From positions 1 to 60,309 of the forward strand of contig NW_026934446.1 of NCBI RefSeq assembly GCF_032062105.1: DNA of 60,309 nucleotides. Reading direction: 5' to 3'. The position numbers and the translations under genes are program-made. Under the pieces are notes generated by a model. The model searched no databases. It saw only the letters and a list, made by a program, of their open reading frames with translations, and was not told where the DNA came from. This stretch comes from Saccostrea cucullata (taxonomy: Eukaryota). This document shows positions 37,575-50,122 of this stretch, piece by piece; the stretch's first letter is position 1, and every line of letters begins with the position of its first letter.

Positions 37575-38498
37575 TAACACCAGCAAGTGATCTTTTCTGA
37601 AAACATTTTGTCCGGCGTCTTTTTGTCTGTCCCTCTGTAAACTTTTCACAAATGTGTTAAAATGAAGGACCATGCCCCATTTCAGGGAGATTTAGTTAAG
37701 AATTTCTGAAAAAATGCAATTCTCAAAATCTTCATCTCAAGAACCACTCGAACAGGAAAGATGAAACTTATGTGGAAACATCCTCAGGTAGTGTCAATCA
37801 AGTTTATTTAAATCATGACCCTTAGGGGTTGGGTGGGGCCACAATGGGCGATCACAGGGATATAAAGGAAACATCTTTAAAAATCTTCTTGAGAAGCATA
37901 CTCAGGTAGTGTAGATTCATGATTGTTCAAATTATGACCCCCGGGGCTAGGGCTGGGCAACAATGACCGATCAAAGTTTTACATAGATATATAAATGAAA
38001 AAAAATCTTTAAGAACACTTTTTTGAGAACAGCAAAGACATAATTGGTCATATTTATATAGACGCATCAATGTTGTAGTGAAGATTCAAAATTGATCAAA
38101 TCATGACTCCCGGGGGCAGGCTGGGGCCACTATGGACGATCACAAAATTTACATAGGAGTACTCTATATATGAAAAATCTTCTCAAGAACAACAAAATAA
38201 TGATTGGTCTTGTTTAGATGGAAGCATCCTCGGGTAGTTTAGATGCAGAATTGTTACAATCATGACGCACACATACTAACCCCCGGTTGGGTAAGACCAC
38301 AATAAAATTTAAACTAATAGGGAGAAGCCGCAGTTCGTCAAACAAATATGTAAGCGTCCTTAGTTTGTATTCATTCAACCTTGGTCAGTTTGTTCAAATC
38401 ATACCCCCCTTTTGGGATCCGGACCACTTAAGCATTTACTGAATTTTTTTTTCCTAGGCACAGTGACAAGGTGAGCGATGTGGCCCATGTGTCTCTTG
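37575..38498 (+). mobile_element. Helentron/HINE-like element (intron 3, copy 2)
   Basis: Paralog of 8720-9639, ending GGTGAGCGATGTGGCCCATGTGTCTCTTGT. Confidence 0.7.
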
Positions 38499-41118
38499 TA
38501 TACAATATTAATCCTGTAGTCCAAAATGATTAATTATCTTTGACGCTCAAACACCCTTGAGTTCAAGCAACAATACAATTATTCATGTTTCATTGAGCAT
38601 ATCGCCGTTAATTGATAAGTAAACAAATTCTTAAATCTTAGAGACATTAAGTCCATGTTCCTTAAAGATAACTATCATTTCTTTTCAGAATCAACTAAGA
38701 AAATGATACAAAAACATTATGAAGCTATTAGTCATCTATTCGTAAAAACCCGTGCGTTTGACAGAGCGAAGGAACTGTTGGACAGTAACGGGTATATCGT
38801 CATCAAGGGCAACCCTGGAACTGGAAAAACCACGATCGCCAAGATGTTGATGAAAGAATTGATGGATGATGGAAAATCTCCTCTAAAGCTTTACAAGTTA
38901 ACAGACTTGTATGAAAACATATCACCGGGTGATGGTATAGTGGTATTTATTGACAATTTATTTGGTGAGTTTTCTTTGTCCAGCGATGACGTTCAGGAAT
39001 TCAAAGCTAGATCAGATATGATAAAGGTTTTAATTGAAAGTGACACTGATAATAAATCTAACAGATTGATATTTGCTTTAAGAAATGATATATATCAATG
39101 CTTACAAAACGAGTGCAATGACGATTTTTTTATGTCATCCTTGGTTGACCTATCAGGCAAAGAAAATGCATTGCTCAAGGAGGAGATCCTGCAGCTATCA
39201 GAAAAATATGGGCTCTCTGAATACATAGAAGACAAAGAACTTATTCATAAGGTATATGAAATGCCACTAGCTATAGGGTTTCCACAATGTTGTAAATTAA
39301 CAAAAAGCAATGGAGAATTTAAACGAAACGTAATTGCATTTTTACAAAATGCAATGATGTTTATGAGAGAACCACTTCAAAACATTATTGAAAAAACGAA
39401 CTGTAAAATCTGCTGTTTTAGTTTATCTTCTTCTGAATGGAGGAAAAGTAGAGTTCGAATTAATTGAAAATCCCCGAATGGATTTAGAGATGAAGCGCGA
39501 CTCTTTAGAATTTGTAGGGCTACATAGCTCGTATCTTAACGATTTCCAGGACAGTATTTTTTGTTTTGAGGGTTTTTTAATAACTCGTGACAAGATAGAA
39601 AATGCATACAAATTTTCCCATAGTTCAGTACAGGAGTGTCTCTTTAGTGTTTTGTTTAATTTTGATCCAATAAAAATGATCCAAATGTGTCATCCGTCCC
39701 TACTTCTTACATTGACGACATGTACAAACCCCAAAAGTACACAAGTCCTCATAGAACAACGATTGTTTAAATATGTTGCCCGCCGCATTGCAAATATAAT
39801 TAGAGAAAGGTCTGTAATTGGATATTCCTCCATATCATCACTGGAATTATGGAATGATTCAAACTTCCATGAGCACGTATTACTATCTGAAGAATGCACT
39901 TTGAAGTTTAAAACTTGCCGTGATACCAACGGTGACTCAATGATTGTTCACTTTTCGAAGGTGGGAAATAAGCGGTGGGTTGAATATTTACTTCCGAATT
40001 CAGAAAAAAGACAAAGATACAGATCAATTAACGCTGCTTGCTCAAAAAATCAACCAAATATTGTTAATCTCATTTTGTCATCTGATGTGGAATGTGATCT
40101 TCAAACATGTTTTTATGCTGTACAAAGTGGCAATATAGAGTTATTGCTCCGAGTTTGTGAGTTTGTTGATCTTCATCAAATTTCCCATTCCTTACATCCT
40201 ACCTGGAGTCATATAAGACATAGCTTACTGAAGGAAATATGTTTTATGCAACAAACACAATTAATTGAACAAGTTCTAGCAAAATATCCATTCCTTGTAG
40301 ATATAATGGACTGCCAGGGCTCCAACTCTTTACAGTCTGCAGCAAGTTCTGGAGACAAACATGCATTTAATCTTCTGTTAAAGTTTGGCTTTGATCCATA
40401 TGAAAAAGATCGAGACAATGGTCACACGGTTCTTACTTGTGCTTGTCAGAAAGGAAGAACAGATATGGTGAAATACCTTGTTGATAAATATCCTGCATTA
40501 CTCCAGGAACACACAGATATTCATGGAAAAAGTCTTTTGCATTGGGCAGCTTTCAGTGGAAACATAGATATGTTTGAATACATACTAGACATCTTTGAGA
40601 ATGAAAATATATTACATTTATCAAGAGCAGTTAAACCACAAGTAGATGGAAAAGATAATTCAGGTGAATCTATCCTGCACTTTGCATGCGAAAATGGACA
40701 TTATGATATGTGTAAATATCTGTTGAGAAGATACCCACAATTACTGGATGTCTGTGACAATGATGGGGCAAATGTCCTCCACTCCGCAGCTGTAGGAGGC
40801 AACGTAGATCTTTTTAAGTTTCTCTCAAGTAAAGGATTAAATGTTAACTGTACAACAAATACTGGGAAGACTGTGTTACACATGAGTTGTAATGGGGGTA
40901 GAGAGGAAATGTGTAGGTATCTTGTGAATATGTATCCAAGTTTAATATCGATTACAGATAATAACAGATGGACAGTGTTACATTCAGCTTGCTTTGGTGG
41001 AAGTGTAGAAATTGTGTCTTTTCTTATAGAAAAAGAAATGGACATTAATACCTTGTCAAATGATGGTAAAACTATTCTGCATATAGCTTGTCTCAATGGG
41101 AAACATGAAATTTGTGAG

Positions 41119-41922
41119 TACTTAGTTGAGAATTATTCCCATCTATTAGACGTCAGGGACAAATCTAGTAATACAGCATTGCATGCTGCAGCCTGGGGAG
41201 GCAATGTTCAAATAGTAAAACTATTGATTGAGAAAAAGATGGACATCTATTCTGTACAGAAAGGTGGTGAAACAATTTTACATCAATGCTGTCGTTTTGG
41301 TAAAATGGAGATGTGTGAACATTTGGTCGATAATTTTCCAGATTTATTGGCGATAAGGGACACTGAGGGGTGGACAGTGTTACATTCAGCTTGCTGTGGT
41401 GGAAGTGTAGAAATTGTTTCTTTTCTTATAGAAAAAGGAATGGACATTAATATCTTGTCAAATGATGGTAGAAGTATCCTGCATATAGCTTGTCTCAATG
41501 GGAAGTTTGAAGTTTGTGAGTATTTAATTGAGAATTATCCCAATCTGTCAGACGTCAGGGATAAATCTAGTAACTCAGTGTTGCATGATGCAGCCTGGGG
41601 AGGCAATGTTCAAATAGTAAAACTATTGATTGAGAAAAAGATGGACATCAATGTCATACAGGAAGAGGGTGAAACAGTTTTACATCAATGCTGCCGCTCT
41701 GGTAAAATAGAGATGTGTGAGTATCTGGTCAACCATTTTCCAGATTTATTAGAGATAAGGGACAATGACGGATGGACAGTGTTACATTCAGCTTGCAGTG
41801 GTGGAAGTGTAGATATAATTTCTTTTCTATTAAAAAAAGGATTGGACATCAATGTTTTGTCAAATGTTGGTGAAAGTATATTGCATATTGCTTGCCTAAA
41901 TGGTAAACATGATGTTTGTGGG
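41119..41922 (+). repeat. Two 402-bp ankyrin super-repeats (copy 2)
   Basis: YL(V/I)ENY anchors at 41119 and 41521. Confidence 0.9.
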
Positions 41923-43909
41923 TTTTTATCAACAAATCACCAAGACTTGTTAGCAGCCTGGGGAGGCAATGTTCAAATAGTAAAAGATAATTGAGGTAAA
42001 TCAGTGATAAACAATTTTATTGCGTCTGGTAAACAATGTGTGACATAGACCATTTTGATTTATATTTTGAGAGAACAGTGTTACCAGCTATTAGGAACCT
42101 TCTTAAATCCTCATCAATTCTGACAAATCTAGTATTTTCATTTTATGCTTAGTTGTTGTCAAAGATATCTGCAGTGTTGCTTGTTAAAATAGTAAAACTA
42201 TTGATTGAGAAACATTCATATAGTGAAACAAAAGTCTTCCCTAAAATGTGATAGATAAAAACGTTTAGATTACTTACACTTACATTGAAATGTGATTTTC
42301 CCCTAGCATCCATGCATGAAAAGAAAGAAGAAAATCATAGACGAAGATAGCGAACAGTGATTTACCTTAGAATCCATTATACATATAAAATAGAGAACAT
42401 TTCAGGAACAAAAATACCCGAAATATCCAAAGGTAAGATCAAATGTCTAGGTAAATGAACAGTTTCAAATATTAAAAATTTTTATGTAGTTTTATCTTTA
42501 CACTCAAGGAACGCTTGCATTTTTTTTCATGCAAAACTGTACTACTTTAGATCCAAAGAGCCTTATTAGATTTTTTTACGAAGTTTCATTTGATCAACGT
42601 TTATTATCTTTACCTTTTCATATATTACTCTGTTTTATGTACAACATAGATCTTTATTATGCAAATATGTATGGGACTAGAATTGTAAAATGTTCGCATG
42701 TTCCTCAAATGATTCAGTACCAGATCTGTCATCAGTATGCTTTTTAAGAGAATTCAAAATTATGGAGACTTGAAAAATGTTATGAAAATAATGTACCCCC
42801 GTTTTAAAAAAAAAAGATATATTGTAATCAATAATTAAAAATGATCTTTTAAAATCATATTCCTGCAAATATTCTTTAATTTATTATGCCGTACAGTTTT
42901 CGAATGCTATTAACTAAGATTTCATTTGTTTATATAAACAAGAAAGTTAAAATAAATCGATTTGACATTTATAGCTCTAAAGATATGTCAAAATCATTTA
43001 GACCTAAATTATTGTTGTATATTCAAATACTTTATTTAGAAGATTGAATATGAAGAGTGTGCAAGTTCTTATATAATTTTATTTCGTTATTAATTGAAGT
43101 AAAATATGCATGAAAGGGATTTAGTTTATGCTTTATGAATTAATTGCCTTATATGTATTTATTCATAGTTGTGTTGCAATTGTTTTGCATCTATATATAT
43201 GGTTTTAATTTTTTCTCAAGATATTCTTTGAACGATTGTTTGTGTAGTTTATTAATGTTTTTAATGTTTAATTTTTGGTATCGTTGAATATTTTTATTGA
43301 TTTCGTGTCGTATTTTGCCTTTATATAAATATGTGAAAGAACTGTGAATGTTCTCCCGCCTACCTCCAGGGAAATTTTCAAAAGTTAATATTTATATCGA
43401 TATTTTTTTATGGATTTTCATTGAAAACATCACTCATTTATGAAAACAAAGAGAGATAATTGCATGGTTTTGGTAAAACTTGCGTTTTCACTTTAGAAGT
43501 CAATGGAAAACGCGATAAAAAAATAACCCCTAGGAAACAAAAAACCCTTTATTCAGGTTATATAGACTGCCATTTCACAAACTCATGCTGAAATGCATTG
43601 TGTTTCACGGAGAGGGATGGGGCATTAGGGGCATAAGTTTATAGACAAAAAAGGACAACAATTTTTTTGTTTTCAATTTAAAAACGATTTACAGTTAAAA
43701 CATTATACTTTATTAATAATTGGTATTTATGTGTTTTATTTAGAATAGAATATATAAGGAAAAGTTTATCTCATTAAAGACTTTAATATAAATATAACAT
43801 GTAGTTGAGTGTAAAATTGAAAAATTTCACCCCAAGAAAACCATTGTAAACCGATCGCAAGGCGCATTACATGTATACTGAATGTTTTAAACAAATATAT
43901 ATAACAGTG

Positions 43910-44145
43910 AACAATGACTTTAACAAACGAGACTCTTGATATTCTTGTTTCATTAACTTGTTTGTCAACAATATACCTCGTTTTAGAAACTATTTATGCA
44001 TAGAGCATGGTCTTGCATATCCAATAAACTGAGAAATATACCCTCCGTATTCAGGTGATGAAGGTATATTGCTGTATAAGTAAAGAAAGTTGACAATTGT
44101 AAAGTGAAAGCCAGCATGTTATCATAGATTTTGGTTGTCGGATTA
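43910..44145 (-). mobile_element. PLE fragment (paralog of 19112-19415), continuing at 51755-51825 after a 7.6-kb insertion
   Basis: GATTA|CCATTAACG is contiguous at about 19344-19357 but split here. Confidence 0.8.
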
Positions 44146-45134
44146 CAGTGCAGGGAACTAATTTTGTTACATAAACCAGCATCAGGATCAGCATAAGTAG
44201 GATCAGGATAGAGCTAGCATCAGCATCAGCATTTAAAAAAACAGCATTACTTGGATCAGCATCAGCAAGCAAAGGATAGAACTAGCATTGACCTATTTAA
44301 AAACCAGCATTGACCTACTTAAAATCAGGATTATCCTGGTTTACTAAAACTACAGATTTGATTTTCACAAAACGAAACCGCAAAATAGACATTCCTATTT
44401 CAGTCGGAAATAAATACAAAGAATGTATTTCTTGCAGACAAATTGGCCAATATAATTCTAAGATTATTATTAAATTAATTCAACAGCAATAACCCCGTGA
44501 TATTTTCAAATCTGAATCAGCTGATCACCAAACGGAAACGCTATGGAGTCTACTGGTGAGGCCACGCCACGGATTGCTGATATTGAGATCGGTGATAAAG
44601 GGGTAAGTAGTTAGGCATGCACATGAAAAATCAGTTAAACAATACAATAAAAGTATGATATTGTGAGTATGACTAATTATTACAAAATTCCGTTGGGTTT
44701 TATGGGCATACACATGCTACGAAGTTTTTCAATCCGAATTTCCTCTAAATTTACGGAAGTCAGAAATAAAAGTCGCAGTGCCTTTGACGAGATTATCTGC
44801 AAGCAATTAATCATAGACTGAGGTGTAATGAACAAAACCTAATAATTAATCCAATGCAATAGTTGATTTTATGTTAATGAATCTGGTGTAAATATTTTTT
44901 TAATGCGAAAGTTCTTAACTTTATAAAAACTTGTGCAGAAAAATGAATTTGTGTATGTACAAAAAATCATTTTGAAATAGCTAAAATAATTATGATATAT
45001 AGGAGAGAGGATCTGTCCTTGAAAATATGCCTACATTTATTTTAAAACTTTTCACTATACATATTCTTTTCCTTGTTTGATGAATAGCATCTTCATAGTG
45101 GAAAATTGTGTATACAAAGTAGTTTGTATGTCCT

Positions 45135-45675
45135 AAGCTGCAGATCTGTAGCTCTCCGAAAAAAAATATATTGATAGACTGGAGAGCTACAGTGCCACCC
45201 ATTGAAACAACTGTATATTTATTGCACATAAAAAGTGTGCTCGGTTCTTGATGAATTCTTCCAAATTTTTACCTAAATTGCAAAAAGAAAGATTTAAAAA
45301 TATTCCTTTATCCTCAATCAAGTACTCTCGTGGTTGACATCTTAACGAAGCATATTAGACCGAATTATCTTTGAAACCAAAATGGCAGTATAAATAAGCA
45401 AAATGTTCGATGACTACAATATCAGGTTCAGGAGGACTATTAACAACAATTATGAGGATCAATGTTTGGTTGTGGAAACAGCAAAAGAATATGTTTAAAT
45501 AGGAACTCATGGTCAGTAATATGTTGAGATTACAGTTTTAAAAACATGGAGAAATAATTTGAGAACCAAGCGCATTTTTTTGTGCGCAATAAATATACAG
45601 TTTTTTCAAAGGGTGGCACTGTATCTCTCCGGTTTATCAATATATTTTTTTCGGAGAGCTACAGATCTGCAGCTA
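45135..45675. mobile_element. MITE with about 65-bp TIRs and 8-9-bp TSD (MULE- or hAT-like)
   Basis: AGCTGCAGATCTGTAGCTCTCCG..AGTGCCACCC is inverted at 45611-45675; GTATGTCCT at 45126-45134 and 45676-45684. Confidence 0.85.
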
Positions 45676-45791
45676 GTATGTCCTGTATGTAGAATTTATT
45701 TTTTAAATGTACTTGAATCCATTTATACCCTTGCAAATAAGATCTCAATTCAATTAAATACACAAACTTTAATCAATAGGAAGTCTATATA

Positions 45792-45998
45792 CTGTGGTTT
45801 CATCAATTTTCGTCGGCATCAATTTTCATGGATTTTATTAAACAGGCGTTTTCGAGGATACATAATTTCATGGACAAAAGCATTGCCGATACAAATGAAT
45901 AGCATATTTCTTAATTCAATGAACATTGGAATTCTTGGATCTTTTTAACAAGGAAATCCTCGAAAATTGGTGCTCAACGAATATTGATGAAAGTACAG
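45792..45998. mobile_element. TA-flanked MITE
   Basis: TA|CTGTGGTTTCATCAATTTTCGT...ACGAATATTGATGAAAGTACAG|TA. Confidence 0.75.
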
Positions 45999-46194
45999 TA
46001 ATTATATATGCTATAAATAATTAATGTTTGTGTTTTTCCCAAATTAAAATTGTGGGAGATTAAAAAAAATAATAATATTAAGGTGATCAATCATCAATAA
46101 ATAAATCTTGTCTTCTTTGTACTTTTATAGAAATGGAGTGCTATGAACAGTCCACAGTTTTATTGCTTCATCACCGCACATAAGAATCTAGATC

Positions 46195-46365
46195 TAATTC
46201 ATTCATATGAAGACTCCAACACGTTCCGGTGAAGGGCTGCATATTTTAACCTGTACTCAGCACTAAAGCCTTTGAAAAGGGAGAGATCTTTTTCGTACCA
46301 ACACCTACATGAACTGCGACACTGAAACTCGGTTTATATGGTTTCATTCAAAGGACCGGACAATC
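46195..46365 (-). mobile_element. SINE fragment
   Basis: CCGGTGAAGGGCTGCATATTTTAACCTGTACTCAGCAC..CACCTAC..CTCGGTTTAT..AAGGACC resembles the body of abundant oyster SINEs; recognised by eye. Confidence 0.55.
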
Positions 46366-47159
46366 TACATGCAGTGATGTCGGAGACTAATGATTCAAAC
46401 AAAATTCTGCTTTTTAAAAAAGACAAGTGTTCTTCATTCCTAAAAGTAGAGGGCAGGGACAGTAGAGGACATGAACAGTATGATGTGATGGTGGATTTAT
46501 AACTTACAATAAAAAAAATTCTAGAAAGTGAATTTGTTGAAAGAAACTACTGGTGATAAAGGAAAAAAAAACTTCATTTGTTCATGTGAACACCATGATT
46601 CTATTTATTTATTTATTTATTTGACTTTATTGACATAATATAATACAAGTGAAAAAGAGTGAAAATGGAACATGAATTGTAAAACTATTAATCTAATAAT
46701 TCCATGATTACACTATTTCATAAAATTCTTAAAGATGTTATGGTACACTTTTTAATTTCATTTATTTATAAATAAATATCATATTTTCATTGGTTAACTT
46801 GGCATTGACTATAAATAAATTGTAATTTTTAGACACTGGAAATTTTGTTTTTATTGTTTCCATGAAGTTAAAAGTTTACATGTGTACTTTGTTGTTCTAC
46901 AACAAACATAAAATAATCTTTATTTTGTCTCCTACATCAAATATATTGTGCCCTAATACAGCACTATTAGCTTCTAAGGAGTGGTAGAAGAAAAATTTGG
47001 TAAAGATGACATAGGATTTTTTTAAATTTTCAGAAAATGAACATTTTACCAAGGCGGTTAATTAAGACAGAATAGAAAAACGGATAGAAAATGTTAATGT
47101 AAATTTCATGTTAAGTTTTCATTTTCAAAATTGTGAAATTTGTTTTGTACGGTACTTAA

Positions 47160-47525
47160 GGGACTCCGACCCTCAGCCAGGAAGGACAACTCTTTAATTT
47201 ATAATTTAATTCAAAAAGTCTTCAGATGAAGCTTTAAAATTAAATATTTTCATGCAACAAATTTCATTATATGCCTCTCTATGTGCTTCAAGGTTCTTTG
47301 CAAAGCTCCATAAATCACTTCTAATTTCATATCATGTTAATAAACATTGGTATCTAAAAATTTCTACTTTTAATTAGACCTTTCTGAGAAGTTCAAATAA
47401 CCTTGAAGCACATTGATAGGCATATAATGACAATTGTTGCATGAAAAGATTAAATTTTCGAGCTTCATTTAAAGACTTTGAATTAAATTAAAAAGTTGTC
47501 CTTCCTGGCTGAGGGTCGAAGTCCA
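47160..47525. mobile_element. Palindromic MITE with TTAA TSD (Kolobok/piggyBac-like)
   Basis: TTAA at 47156-47159 and 47526-47529; arms GACCCTCAGCCAGGAAGGACAAC..GTGCTTCAAGG (about 130 bp) inverted. Confidence 0.85.
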
Positions 47526-47747
47526 TTAACAGTTTTAATTTCACACATATATCATCAAGATGAAAAGAATTATCTGGCTAGCAGCAAACTCTTAATCTAT
47601 GATACACTAGAGCATATATAAATATTGGATGATTTAAGCTACTGACTTAAACAATTAGGAAAATGTATTTATTACACTGTCTAGTATCATGATGTAAGGG
47701 AAGAAATATCTACACAGTAAAACATGGTTATAACGAACACGCTATAA

Positions 47748-48060
47748 GGCCAAAAGAAAATATACTCTTGTTTTTACTGTCCCCTGACCAAAAAAATTAG
47801 GGTAGGTAGGTAGGGAAAAAAAATATTTTCAAAACTCATTGAATGCAGAACTGCCAGAACATATAAAATGTAATAACAAGAAAGATTTATAAAGTAAAGG
47901 TATCCTGTACACTTACGATGTATTAGTTCTGTAAATATTGTTGGTCAACTTTAGTAAAATAGTAACCCAAAAAATGAAAATGTAATAAAAACTTTAAGGG
48001 TCGGAGGGTAAAATGTAGGGTAGGACGGGTGAAAGGAAACGAGTATTTTTTATTTCGGCC
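47748..48060. mobile_element. PIF/Harbinger-like MITE
   Basis: TAA|GGCCAAAAGAAAATATACTC...GAGTATTTTTTATTTCGGCC|TAA; nested in a CAGTAAAAC-type element starting near 47715. Confidence 0.75.
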
Positions 48061-49693
48061 TAATGAATTCATGCTGATGGTGGAGTCATTTTCATTCTCT
48101 GTACTGGTTTTAAAATCCTAAGGATAGTGAACATAATTTTAAAATGTCAAAAAGTGTGTTTCCCAGGCATTTAAAATACTACAAGCTTATTTTTCTGTGT
48201 ATTTAAATGATTTACTTCAATCTAAAATACCCTACATAACAATGTGTTACCCCCACATTCAGTTTCTTATTGCTGATTTATAAATATGGAATTTTCCAAT
48301 TAAAGTTTTAAATGAATTAAATCCAAATAAAGAAATGTTTTTATTTAAATTCAAAATATTAAGAATTAAATGAATCAGGACACACCGGTATTACTATTTT
48401 TGTCATTACAATTCATTAATCTTGGCACATCAGTGAAAATTTTACCAGTCATCAATAAATGTTTGATATTCTTTTTCAAGTGATCTAAAAATATATATTT
48501 TTAGAGTATTCATGAAAATGCAATTAAGAATTATATATGAATCATTCAGCTTCAATAAGAACACTACATGTAACAGAAATATTGCCCATTTACATGGAAT
48601 GTTGGTGTCCTCAAAAATGAAATATCAGGGGCAGTATTTTTTTTTAAATGTATATACTAAAAATACAACTTGGACAGAATATCATATGAACATGTATCTC
48701 TCAATTAGTACATTATACTTAAAAAAAAAACATCACACTATATTGTAAAATATATGTTTTCATTTATTCTATAAAATCAATCTATATATGGACAATCATC
48801 ATGAACAGTTGTAAGAATTTGTACAAAAGAGCAGGATGCATTTCTATTTACATACATCTCATATCTAATTATGTACAATACACAAATCACTTAAAATCCA
48901 CTTTAAACTTTAAATTCTGTCCATTTTATTTTAGATCTAAGTGGGAGATAACTTTAAAATGTATATATGTATGTCATCAATGGATTTGGCGCACATCATC
49001 ACAACGGTTTTAATGCCACTGTCTGATTAACAGAAGTTCCTGGCTTGAATTTTCACTATTTTAACAGATAGAATTTCATCAGCTGGATTTAGGTCCATAG
49101 AGAAGACCAGCATACTTTAATCCTGGAGGAATTTCTGCTTTGTTTACTCTGTCATGGGCCTGAAAAATATGAAAAATTAATTACTAGGTTAATTTCAAAA
49201 AATGCCAAATATTAAAAAGCAATGCTTATACATGTAATACAGTTTTAACTACAGTTTTTAACTTTATACAGTGAGTAATGTGTACATCACACAAATATAC
49301 AAAATACAAACTTGAGGAGGAAATTATTTAAAATTACACATTTAGAGCAATTGATTTTTTTTTACAGGTAAAAGAAAATTAATTGTCACTGACTACTAAA
49401 ACTTATGCTATGAAATAGGGGCACAATGACAATAAGTAACTTTACAACTTGAACATAATTTGGCTATTTAATATCAAAGAAATGATCACAGTTTCAAACA
49501 CTCATCTTTTCTCTTTTAACTTCAGTAAAATTTAAAAGGAGCAATTGAGGCTGAAATGATTAATCAATAATAAAGATTCTGTGTGAGGATTAAGTACACG
49601 TATATCAATATGTACATGTAAAAATATTTAAATATCGCAAATCAAATGAAAATTATTCATAAATAATTGTGAAGAAATGGTTTGTTCTTAAAA

Positions 49694-50122
49694 TTTTTAT
49701 GCCCCCGGATCGATAGATCTGAGGCGTATATTGTTTATGTCCTGTCTGTTTATCTGTTCAGCTGTTTGTCCATCTGTCTATTGTCAATTTGAACATTCGC
49801 CATAACTTTTTAACTATGAGAGGTAGAGACTTGATATTTGGCATGCGTACTCAACTTAAAAAGTTCTTCCAAAAGACACCAACTTCAATGACCTAGTGAC
49901 CTTGACTGTGATCTACATGCTTAAAATAGATCTTTCGAACTTTTACCATAACTTTTGAATCATAGGAGATGGAGACTTCATATTCGGTATGCATATTCCA
50001 AAGTTCTTTCAAATGACATTGAGATCAATGACCTTATGACCTAGACTGTGACCTATATGCTAAAACAGTTTTTTTAACTTTGTTACCGCCAACCGCACAG
50101 TGTTTCACAAACACATCTTGTT
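49694..50122 (+). mobile_element. Helentron/HINE-like element
   Basis: TTTTTATGCCCCC start, CTGT-type microsatellite, two CATAACTTTT..GACCTTGAC units, 3' palindrome GTGTTTCACAAACAC then ATCTTGT. Confidence 0.7.

Larger units (their letters stand above)
35987..41994 (+). pseudogene. HEPN - nSTAND3 - ankyrin NLR-like gene, copy 2 (frameshifted as assembled); exons 35987..36614, 36846..36884, 37201..37224, 38689..41994
   Basis: Same exon sizes (628, 39, 24) and splice sites as copy 1; intact RNQYYGH, GNPGTGKT and VVFIDNLFG; extra A near 39370-39371 shifts the frame (ORFs 38655-39467 and 39388-41994); aberrant end AAWGGNVQIVKDN*. Confidence 0.82.

Noticed and set aside
44051-44272. Low-complexity ORFs (also 51664-51852)
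   Set aside because: Translations of subterminal transposon repeats.
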